64,000 nucleotides of DNA. Origin: Rubrivivax sp. (GTDB taxonomy: Bacteria > Pseudomonadota > Gammaproteobacteria > Burkholderiales > Burkholderiaceae_C). A program made the translations under genes and the position numbers. A model generated the notes under the pieces. It did no database searches. It saw nothing but the letters and a program-made list of their open reading frames with translations, and was not told the origin of the DNA. Where the stretch lies: positions 1,083-65,082 of the forward strand of contig JAJTGU010000015.1 in assembly GCA_021297985.1 (NCBI GenBank), read 5' to 3'. Shown piece after piece: positions 54,827-62,973 of this stretch; position 1 is the stretch's first letter, and each line of letters begins with the position of its first letter.

Positions 54827-55315
54827 ATGCTGACGCCCCGCCAACGTCGCAGCGAACACAAGAAGCGCCATGGCGACATGGTCGACATGAACCTGGTGTC
54901 GCTGATCGACGTGTTCACGATCCTGATCTTCTTCCTGCTGTTCAGCGCCAGCGGTGTCGAGGTGCTGACCACGCCCAAGGCGGTGAAGCTGCCGGTCGCC
55001 GAGAGCGAGGAGGTCCCCAAGCCGACACTGGTGCTGGTCATCTCCAACGAGGACATCCTGGTCGACGGCCGGCTCGTGATGTCGCTGCGCGACGCGATGG
55101 CCGCCGAGGGCGACGTGCTCGCGCCGCTGAAGGCCGCGCTCGACGTGCAGTCCCAGCGCGTGGCCATCAAGGCCGATGCCTCGCCGACCCAGGCCATCAC
55201 GATCATGGGTGACCGCAGCATCCCCTGGGCGGTGCTCAAGCGCGTGATGGCCAGCTGCGCCGCGGCGAACTACGCCGATGTGTCGCTGGCCCTCAGCAAG
55301 CGGGACGGCGTATGA
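54827..55315 (+). CDS. ExbD/TolR family biopolymer transport protein (paralogue 2)
   Basis: DMNLVSLIDVFTILIFFLL carries the conserved Asp in the TM helix. Periplasmic ExbD-like domain. Confidence 0.9.
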   Translation: MLTPRQRRSEHKKRHGDMVDMNLVSLIDVFTILIFFLLFSASGVEVLTTPKAVKLPVAESEEVPKPTLVLVISNEDILVDGRLVMSLRDAMAAEGDVLAPLKAALDVQSQRVAIKADASPTQAITIMGDRSIPWAVLKRVMASCAAANYADVSLALSKRDGV

Positions 55316-56466
55316 CGGCCGCCAGCATCTCCATGGGTGAGGGCTTCGGTGGCCGGGCCCGGCGCGAGCGTGCCGGCGAGTTCTCGAGCCGCGTGCTGCC
55401 CTGGGCGACCTCGGCCGCCGACGAACAGCGCTTCTGGCGCATCGCCCGCCGCATCGGCATCCTGATGCTGGTGCTCGGCGTGGCGCTGCCCTTCCTGCCG
55501 CGGCCTGAGAAGTCGCTGGACCGCATCGAGCCATTGCCGGCACCGATGGCGCGGCTGCTGCTCGAAGGCCAGAAACCGCCGCCTCCGCCACCGCCCAAGC
55601 CGGTGGCCGAGACCCCGCCGCCGCCGCAAGCGACGGCCGCCGCCAAGCCCGAGCCGCGTGCCACGCGGCCCGAGGACCGCAAGGCCGCGCGCGTGCCCGA
55701 GGCGCGCAACCCGGTCGAAGGCAAGCCCCCGGGCGAGGCCGCGATCGAAGTCGCGCGTCGCCAGGCCATGGGCGTCGGCCTGCTCGCCATGAAGGCCGAG
55801 CTGTCGCAGATGGCCGCCGGCGCGCCGCTGGCCGCGCAGCTGAAGAAGGACATCCCCCCCGGGCCGGGCGTCGGCACCGGCCAGGGACCCGGCGTGGGCA
55901 TGGGCAGCGACCCGGGCCTGCCGGCGCGTGCGCTGCTGACCGCGGCCGGAGGCCGGCCCTCGGGCAGCGGCGGCATCAACACCGCCGCCTACAGCCGCGA
56001 CACCGGCGGCGGAGGCCTGGCCGGGCGCAGCAGCACGCTGGTCGAAGGTGTCGCCTCGGGCGGTGGTGGGGGCGGCCCGGGCGGCGGCGGTGGCGGGCGA
56101 ACCGGCGGCACCGGGGTCGGCGGCGGCAGTGCGGGGGCCGCCAACACCGCGGTCGCCAAGGGCGGCAGTGGCAAGGCGAGCCGCTCGATCGAGGAGATCA
56201 AGCTCGTCTTCGAACGCCACAAGGGCGCGATCTACGCGCTGTACCAGCGCGCGCTGCGCGACGATCCGGCCTTGCAGGGCAAGGTCGTGCTCGAACTCAA
56301 GATCGCCCCCAGCGGCGAGGTGCTGGCCTGCCGCGTGCTGTCCAGCGAGCTGAAGTCACCGGAGCTGGAGAACAAGCTGCGCGCCCGCGTGCAGGGCTTC
56401 GACTTCGGCGCCAAGGACGTTGCCGAGATCGTGGTCTCGTGGCCGGTGGACTTCTTGCCGAGCTGA
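55312..56466 (+). CDS. TonB-like energy-transducer protein with an AgmX/PglI-type C-terminal domain
   Basis: ATGA overlap. One TM (IARRIGILMLVLGVALPFL). Pro-rich (KPPPPPPPKP) and Gly-rich (GGGGGGPGGGGGG) linkers. C-terminal IKLVFERHKGAIYALYQRALRDDPALQGKVVLELKIAPSGEVLACRVL. Confidence 0.85.
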   Translation: MTAASISMGEGFGGRARRERAGEFSSRVLPWATSAADEQRFWRIARRIGILMLVLGVALPFLPRPEKSLDRIEPLPAPMARLLLEGQKPPPPPPPKPVAETPPPPQATAAAKPEPRATRPEDRKAARVPEARNPVEGKPPGEAAIEVARRQAMGVGLLAMKAELSQMAAGAPLAAQLKKDIPPGPGVGTGQGPGVGMGSDPGLPARALLTAAGGRPSGSGGINTAAYSRDTGGGGLAGRSSTLVEGVASGGGGGGPGGGGGGRTGGTGVGGGSAGAANTAVAKGGSGKASRSIEEIKLVFERHKGAIYALYQRALRDDPALQGKVVLELKIAPSGEVLACRVLSSELKSPELENKLRARVQGFDFGAKDVAEIVVSWPVDFLPS

Positions 56467-56495
56467 GCGATCGACGCGCGCCATCCCGCACGCCG

Positions 56496-58574
56496 TCACC
56501 ACACCGCGATCGGCTCGCTGGCCATCATCGGCTCGCCGGGCTTGCAGCCGAAGGCCTGGCCGAAAGCGGGCAGGTTGGACAGCGGGCCGCGGACGCGGAA
56601 CGGCCCCGGCGAGTGCTGGCCGGTGCGGATCTGGCTGATCAGCGCCTCGTCGCGGTAACGGGTGCGCCAGATCGCGGCGTTGGCGACGAAGAACCGCTGC
56701 TCCGGCGACAGGCCGTCGATCGGCGCCACCGGCTTGCCCTGCGCCCGCTGGCGCGCCAGCAGCAGCTGCAGGCCGTCGTAGGCGATGCGGATGCCGGCGA
56801 CGTCGGAGATGTTCTCGCCCAGCGTCTGGCGGCCGTTCAGGAACTGTCCGGGCAGTGGCTGATAACTGCCATACAAGGTGGCCACACGGTCGGCGCGGGC
56901 GCGGTAGGCGGCGGCGTCCTCCGGGGTCCACCAGTCCTTGAGGTTGCCGTCGGCGTCGAACTGGCGCCCGCGGTCGTCGAAGTGGTGCGTGATCTCGTGG
57001 CCGATGACGCTGCCGATGGCGCCGTAGTTCACCGCGTCGTCGGCACGCTCATCGAAAAGCGGCGGCTGCAGGATGCCGGCCGGGAAGACGATGCGGTTCG
57101 GGGATCCGGCAAAGGCGTTGACGATGTGCGGCGCCGTGGTCCAGCGGTTTCGGTCCACCGGGCGGTCGAGGTCGGCGATGCGCCGGGCCTGGTCCCAGGC
57201 CGACAGGCGAAGCTGGTTGCCGGCGTAGTCGTCGGCCTTCAGCTCCAGCCCCGGGTAGCGTGGCCATTCCGACGGGCCGCCGATCTGCAAAGCCATCGCG
57301 TCGAGCTTGGCCAGCGCCTTGGTGCGCGTGGCCGGGGCCATCCAGTCCAGGCCGCGGATTCGCTGGCGCATCGCTTCCTTGACGTCGTCCACCATCGCAC
57401 TGGCCTTGGCCTGGGCGGTGGCCGAAAACGCGCGGCTGACGTAGAGCTCGCCGATCGCCAGGCCCAGCGGCTCGCCGCCGGTGCGCCCACCCAGCTCCCA
57501 GACGACCTGCTCGGACCGCGGTGGTGCCCGCCGGATGCCGCGCACCGCGGTCTCGTGGTACGCGAAGTGGCTGCCGGCCAGAGCCTTGGGCAACTGCGGC
57601 GCCAGGTCGTCGAGCAGGCGCACCCGCAGGTAGCGCTGCCAGTCCGCCAGCGGTGCCTGCTGCACCAGCCGGGCCATCGCGGTCGCGAACGCGGGTTGCG
57701 ACAGCACGAAGCGGCGCTGATCCGGCGGCGTGTTGGCGCTCGTGCCTTGCAGAACCGCGCCCAGGTAGGCCGACCAGTCGAAGCCCGGGGCGCGTTCTGC
57801 CAGCGCCTTCAGGTCGCTGCGGTTGTTGGTGGCCTGCGGGTCGCGCCGTTGCACGCGCGTCAGGGTTGCGTCGGCGAGCTGTCGTTCGAAGGCCAGCAGT
57901 GCGTCGATCGCGGCCTCGTCGTGCGCGGCACCGGCGGCACGCAGCAGGTTCGCGGCGTGCACACGGTAGGCGGCCGTCACGCGCTGCGTCGTCGTGTCGG
58001 TCTTGAAGTAGTCGTCACGGTCGGGCAGGCCCAGGCCTTCGTTGCCCAGATAAAGCTCATGGCGACGCGTGTCTTCGGTGTCCGGGCTGACCCACGCCGT
58101 CAGCGGCGCGGCGATGCGGTGGCGGGCCAGGTCCGCCAGCAGCGCCGGCAGCTCGGCCGTGCTCTTCAGCGCCGCGATGCGCGCCAGCCAGGGTGCCACT
58201 GCGGCCAGGCCCGCGCGTTCGATGCCGGCTTCGTCCATCGCGGCGCGGTAGGCGCTGGCAAGCAGCTTGAGCCCCGGCGACGTGGCGCGGGCCGGGTCGG
58301 CCAGCAGCTCGGCCAGAGCCGTTTCGAGCAGGCGGCTGTTGGCGATGCGCAGCTCGTCGAAGCTGCCGATGCGGCCGCGGTCTTCGGGCAGCACGGTGCG
58401 CGCCAGCCAGCCGGCGTTGACGTGGGTGTAGAAGTCCTGGCAGGCGCTGGTGGCCAGGTCGCGTCCGGCGAGGTCGAGCACCGGTGCCTGCGCCGGTGCA
58501 GCGGCTGCACTGCACGCGGCGGCCAGCGCCAAGGCCGCGAAGGCGGCGTGGGGGTTGCGGTCAGACATGGGCAC
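56496..58574 (-). CDS. M13 family zinc metallopeptidase (PepO/endothelin-converting-enzyme-like)
   Basis: HEITHHFD zinc motif, ENISDVAG, and an N-terminal signal/lipobox-like ALALAAAC. Start is ATG 58574 or 58568. Confidence 0.92.
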   Translation of the reverse strand: MPMSDRNPHAAFAALALAAACSAAAAPAQAPVLDLAGRDLATSACQDFYTHVNAGWLARTVLPEDRGRIGSFDELRIANSRLLETALAELLADPARATSPGLKLLASAYRAAMDEAGIERAGLAAVAPWLARIAALKSTAELPALLADLARHRIAAPLTAWVSPDTEDTRRHELYLGNEGLGLPDRDDYFKTDTTTQRVTAAYRVHAANLLRAAGAAHDEAAIDALLAFERQLADATLTRVQRRDPQATNNRSDLKALAERAPGFDWSAYLGAVLQGTSANTPPDQRRFVLSQPAFATAMARLVQQAPLADWQRYLRVRLLDDLAPQLPKALAGSHFAYHETAVRGIRRAPPRSEQVVWELGGRTGGEPLGLAIGELYVSRAFSATAQAKASAMVDDVKEAMRQRIRGLDWMAPATRTKALAKLDAMALQIGGPSEWPRYPGLELKADDYAGNQLRLSAWDQARRIADLDRPVDRNRWTTAPHIVNAFAGSPNRIVFPAGILQPPLFDERADDAVNYGAIGSVIGHEITHHFDDRGRQFDADGNLKDWWTPEDAAAYRARADRVATLYGSYQPLPGQFLNGRQTLGENISDVAGIRIAYDGLQLLLARQRAQGKPVAPIDGLSPEQRFFVANAAIWRTRYRDEALISQIRTGQHSPGPFRVRGPLSNLPAFGQAFGCKPGEPMMASEPIAVW

Positions 58575-60705
58575 GGTGGTCTCCGGTGTTTGGCGCGCCG
58601 GGGCTCGACTCGGCCGGCGCGGAAGGCGCGGAAGGCGCAGAGGAGGCGCCGAGGGCGGCCTTCAGGCGCTTGATGCGGTCGAGCGGATTCTCCTTGGGCA
58701 CCTGCTCTTCGAGCTTCATCTCGGCGATGAAGCGGCTCGGCGTCGCGGCGACAAAACCGTCGCGCCCACGCTTGCGCCGCTTGAGCGTGCTGACCAGCAG
58801 GGTTTTCTGCGCGCGTGTGATGCCGACGTACATCAGCCGCCGTTCTTCGGCCAGGCGCTCGGCGGTCATCGCCTCGTCGTCGCTCTTGAACGGCAGCACG
58901 CCCTCGTTGACGCCGACCAGCATCACGTGCGGCCACTCCAGGCCCTTGGCCGCGTGCAGGGTCGACAGGGTCACGACATCGGTGTCCTCGCCGCGTTCGG
59001 CCAGGCTGATGATGACGCTGATGGTCTGCGCCACCTGCCAGACGCTCTGGCGCTCGGTCTCGAAGGTGGCGGTGTCCTGCTCGATCTCGCCGCCGCAGCG
59101 CCGTGCGATCCAGTCGCAGAAGTCGAGCACGTTCTTCCAGCGCGCCGCGGCGAGCTTGTCGCTGTCTTCGCTGTCGTAGAGGTGCTGCTCGTAGGCGATG
59201 TCCTTGAGCCAGCCCATCAGCAGCGCGTGCGCATCCTCGCGGCCGGTGGTGGTGCGGGCGCGGTGTTCGAGCTCGTTGACCTCGCGTGCAAACTGCTCCA
59301 GGCCGTCGAGCGCGCGACCCTTGAGCACCGCACCGACGCTGGGCGCGAAGATGGCGTCGAACAGGCTCAGCCGGCCCTTGGACGCGAACTCGCCGAGTGT
59401 CGCCAGCGTCGTCGCGCCGATGCCGCGCTTGGGCGTGGCGATGGCGCGCATGAAGGCCGGATCGTCGTCGGCGTTGACCAGCAGGCGCAGCCAGGCGCAG
59501 AGGTCGCGGATCTCGGTGCGGTCGAAGAAGCTGGTGCCACCCGACACCTTGTACGGGATCTGTGCCGCACGCAGCTTCTGCTCGAGCACGCGCGACTGGT
59601 GGTTGGCGCGGTACAGGACGGCCACGTCCTTGAAGCTCGCGCCGGCGTTTCCGCGCAGTGCCTGCACGCGCGCGACCGCACGTTCGGCCTCGTGCTCCTC
59701 GCTGTCGGCCTCAAGCACGCGCACGGGCTCGCCCTCGCCGAGTTCGCTCCAGAGCTTCTTCTCGAACAGCTTGGGGTTGTGCGCGATCACCGCATTGGCC
59801 GCGCGCAGGATGTGGCCGGTCGAGCGGTAGTTCTGCTCCAGCGCGATGACCTTCAGCTCCGGGAAGTCCGCCGGCAGCTGCTTGAGGTTGTCCAGCGTCG
59901 CGCCGCGCCAGCCGTAGATGCTCTGGTCGTCGTCGCCCACGGCCGTGAAGCGGCGGTGCCGGCCGACCAGTTCCTTCAGCAAGGCGTACTGCACGGCGTT
60001 GGTGTCCTGCACCTCGTCGACCAGCACGTGCTCGAACTGCGCCTGCCACTTGGCGCGCGACTCGGCGTCGCGCTGCAACAGCTTCAGCGGCAGCACCAGC
60101 AGGTCGTCGAAGTCCACCGCCTGGAAGGCCGCCAGGCGCTCGTGGTACAGGCGCATCACCCGCGCGGCGACGCGCCCTTCGTCGTCGCCTGCAGCGCGTT
60201 CGGCGGCATCGGCATCCAGCCCCTGGTTCTTCCAGAGGCTGATCGCCCACTGGCTGCGCCGCGCCGCGGCGTTGTCGCTGTGGCCTCCGACCTCACGCAG
60301 CACGCCGAGCACGTCGTCGCTGTCGAGGATGCTGAAGTTCGGCTTCAGGCCGATGCGCTCGCCATCCTCGCGCAGCATGCGCACGCCCAGCGAGTGGAAG
60401 GTGCTGACGACCAGCGCCTTGGCCGCGCGCGGCCCGCAGACCGTGCGCGAACGCTCGCGCATCTCGGCCGCGGCCTTGTTGGTGAACGTGATCGCCGCGA
60501 TGCGCGCCGGCGCCAGCCCGTGCTGCAGCAGCCGCGCGATCTTGTGCACGATGACGCGCGTCTTGCCCGACCCGGCACCGGCGAGCACCAGGCAAGGCCC
60601 GCCCAGGTGGTGCACCGCTTCCATCTGGGCGCGGTTCAGGGTCGTGGCAGCAGGGTCGGGCAGGCTCAAGGGCGGCAGTCGGCGGGCAGCGGAACCCGCG
60701 ATCAT
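58561..60705 (-). CDS. ATP-dependent DNA helicase, UvrD/Rep family
   Basis: LNRAQMEAVHHLGGPCLVLAGAGSGKTRV (Walker A), ITFTNKAAAEMRER, LVDEVQDTN, and the VTLSTLHAAKGLEWPHV..GITRA motifs. The 3' end overlaps the peptidase start by 14 nt. Confidence 0.92.
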   Translation of the reverse strand: MIAGSAARRLPPLSLPDPAATTLNRAQMEAVHHLGGPCLVLAGAGSGKTRVIVHKIARLLQHGLAPARIAAITFTNKAAAEMRERSRTVCGPRAAKALVVSTFHSLGVRMLREDGERIGLKPNFSILDSDDVLGVLREVGGHSDNAAARRSQWAISLWKNQGLDADAAERAAGDDEGRVAARVMRLYHERLAAFQAVDFDDLLVLPLKLLQRDAESRAKWQAQFEHVLVDEVQDTNAVQYALLKELVGRHRRFTAVGDDDQSIYGWRGATLDNLKQLPADFPELKVIALEQNYRSTGHILRAANAVIAHNPKLFEKKLWSELGEGEPVRVLEADSEEHEAERAVARVQALRGNAGASFKDVAVLYRANHQSRVLEQKLRAAQIPYKVSGGTSFFDRTEIRDLCAWLRLLVNADDDPAFMRAIATPKRGIGATTLATLGEFASKGRLSLFDAIFAPSVGAVLKGRALDGLEQFAREVNELEHRARTTTGREDAHALLMGWLKDIAYEQHLYDSEDSDKLAAARWKNVLDFCDWIARRCGGEIEQDTATFETERQSVWQVAQTISVIISLAERGEDTDVVTLSTLHAAKGLEWPHVMLVGVNEGVLPFKSDDEAMTAERLAEERRLMYVGITRAQKTLLVSTLKRRKRGRDGFVAATPSRFIAEMKLEEQVPKENPLDRIKRLKAALGASSAPSAPSAPAESSPGAPNTGDHRAHV

Positions 60706-60762
60706 CGCCCAGCAGCGCGGCAGAATCCGGGCGATCCACAACACCCGGACAGGGGGAGCACG

Positions 60763-61920
60763 ATGAAGCGGAGATCGTGGTGGCGTGCGGGAGCCGTGCT
60801 GGCCCTCGCCTTCTTTGGTGTCTCGGGCACGGGCCGTGCCAGCCCGGAAACGGAGAGCGCCGTTTCCTGGGCTCACGATTGGATGAAGTCGCGCTACCAG
60901 CTGCAGCAGGGCTGGCCACTGTCGCCCGGGCTGCGCGAAGCCGGCGAAGCCATGGCCAGGCAGCATCTTGAGCGCATTCGGCCGGTGCTGCATCGCTGGG
61001 TCCACGACGAATACGCACGCATCACCGCGGACGCGACCATCGCGGCCAACTCAAGAGCCGGTCCCCTCAGGGCGGCCTTGTACCTGCGAATGCAAAACGA
61101 ACAGGCGCTGGCCCTGATGGATGCTGCCAGTCCCGAACATGACGCCTGGCGCCTGCGTGTTGTGTCCCAGCCCGGGGTCTGCCGATACTTCTGGAATGCC
61201 CACTTCTGGGGCGAGGCGCTGTTGTGGATCGAGCGTCTGCCGGAGTCGGAACGGGCTGCGGCCCTGGCCCATGAACGCACATTGCTCGAGCGCTGGGGCG
61301 CGACCCGGCCCGCGGTGCCGGGGCGGCCAGCTTTCGACCTCGACGCCTACGGCCAGGTCTTGGTCGACCGTTTGCGCGCCGACCCACCCGGCGCGAGGCC
61401 GCCGCATGCGATGGTGCCCGCGGTGGCCCAGAAGCTCCTGGTCGAGGAACCCCGGCCGCTGGCCGGCAGCGAGGCGAAGGCCCCACCGGCCCGCAACTTC
61501 CGTTGCGCGGCACTGCAATGGGCCTTGGCGAATGCACGCGAGGAGCGGGCAGCCGAGCCCGCGGTGCTGTGGTCGGCGTTCCGTCACGCGCTGATCGAGC
61601 GCGCCGAAGACGCTGCCGGGTACCGGTGGCGACAGAGCAATGATTGGGTTCCGGCGAAAATCGAAGACGGCGAATACCCTCGCGTCGCGCAACGCCTTGA
61701 AGTGACTGGAACGGTGCGCGTCGAGGTTCGTTTCGACGCGGCGGGCAAAGTCGTCGCGGCCAAGGTCGTCGGGCGCAAGCTGGGTGCTCCGGGGCTTTCG
61801 GGCGTGCGTCCTCTCTTTGTCGAGACGACACTGGACGAGGGCTCGTTGATGCGCGCCCGCGGTCTCAAGAACGAGGGTGCTGGCACCCGGATCGTGGAGT
61901 TCGTATGGAAACTCTCGTGA
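60763..61920 (+). CDS. secreted protein with a TonB_C-like C-terminal domain
   Basis: GGGGGAG lies upstream of ATG 60763. Signal MKRRSWWRAGAVLALAFFGVSGTGRA. C-terminal YPRVAQRLEVTGTVRVEVRFDAAGKVVAAKVV. The rest of ORF 58450..61920 is the antisense shadow of the helicase. Confidence 0.7.
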   Translation: MKRRSWWRAGAVLALAFFGVSGTGRASPETESAVSWAHDWMKSRYQLQQGWPLSPGLREAGEAMARQHLERIRPVLHRWVHDEYARITADATIAANSRAGPLRAALYLRMQNEQALALMDAASPEHDAWRLRVVSQPGVCRYFWNAHFWGEALLWIERLPESERAAALAHERTLLERWGATRPAVPGRPAFDLDAYGQVLVDRLRADPPGARPPHAMVPAVAQKLLVEEPRPLAGSEAKAPPARNFRCAALQWALANAREERAAEPAVLWSAFRHALIERAEDAAGYRWRQSNDWVPAKIEDGEYPRVAQRLEVTGTVRVEVRFDAAGKVVAAKVVGRKLGAPGLSGVRPLFVETTLDEGSLMRARGLKNEGAGTRIVEFVWKLS

Positions 61921-62948
61921 ACGTCTGTCCATGGCTACGCGATGGGTTCTGGCGTACAGCCTGTGGGCTGGCGTTTGCGTTTGCCACCGTATCGGCCTTT
62001 GCCCAGGCCCCAGCGGCCCCGGCGCCCACGCTTGACGACCAGGCGGCCACCCATCTCTGGTGGGGCGATTTCGAGGCGCTGGAAAAGCTCCGCCGCGAGA
62101 TCGACGGTCCCGGCAAGCGCGACGCCAACGGTTTGGCGCTGATCCAGACCTTTCGGTCAGGCGTGGGCCGCGTGATCGCCGATCAGGAGGGCAGCGGCGA
62201 CCGCTATCTGATCGAACTGGACGCGCTGACCTTGCAATGGGCCACCGAGCGGCCGATGTCGCCGCTGGCGCACGTGCTGCACGCCAGGACTTTGGCGGCG
62301 CGGGCCTGGGCCTATCGCGGCGATGGTTTCGCCAACACAGTGGCGCCCGAGAACTTGAAGCTGTTTCGTCTTTACCTTGAGCGCGCGGCGCAGCACCTCT
62401 CGTCGGTTGACGCTGTGATTCAAGGGGACTCGTCCGGCCATCGTGAACTCCTGGTGGTGGCACGCGGCCTGAGCCTGGACCTCGAACAGCAGTGGCGCAT
62501 CGCCGAACGCGGCTTGCGCGCCAATCCCGACGACATCGGCCTGTGGAGCCAGTTGCTCACTGCAACGTTGCCCAAGTGGCTGGGCGACGCCGACGAGGTC
62601 GACCGTCTGATCAAGCGTGCGGTGCAGGCCACCCGGGCCCAGCGCGGCGAAGATCTGTATGCGCGCCTGTATGCCGACGCTGCCGACGAGGAGTTTTCGC
62701 GTGGGTTGTTCGAAGACTCCCGCGCCGATTGGACACGCATGAAGAAGGGCTTCCGCGACATGCTCGAGCGGTGGCCGAGTTCGGCCTACAACTGGAATCG
62801 ATTCGCGTACATGGCCTGCCTCGCGCAGGACCGCGAGGCCTTGTCCGAAGCGCTGGACAAGGTCGGCGACAAACCGCAACTGGGTGCCTGGGGCAGCAAC
62901 GCCCGTCGCACCTTCGAAGGCTGTCAGAAGCTGGCGCGTCGGACTTGA
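61905..62948 (+). CDS. secreted helical-repeat hypothetical protein
   Basis: Signal-like ...GLAFAFATVSAFAQA. Alpha-helical composition. No family recognised with confidence. Confidence 0.65.
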   Translation: METLVNVCPWLRDGFWRTACGLAFAFATVSAFAQAPAAPAPTLDDQAATHLWWGDFEALEKLRREIDGPGKRDANGLALIQTFRSGVGRVIADQEGSGDRYLIELDALTLQWATERPMSPLAHVLHARTLAARAWAYRGDGFANTVAPENLKLFRLYLERAAQHLSSVDAVIQGDSSGHRELLVVARGLSLDLEQQWRIAERGLRANPDDIGLWSQLLTATLPKWLGDADEVDRLIKRAVQATRAQRGEDLYARLYADAADEEFSRGLFEDSRADWTRMKKGFRDMLERWPSSAYNWNRFAYMACLAQDREALSEALDKVGDKPQLGAWGSNARRTFEGCQKLARRT

Positions 62949-62973
62949 ACCCGACGCGTTGCCTGCGCCCGCC

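Noticed and set aside
58450-60760. First about 770 codons of the 1156-aa plus-strand ORF 58450..61920
   Set aside because: This part is antisense to the UvrD/Rep helicase. Only the part from ATG 60763, which has an SD and a signal peptide, looks like a real gene.
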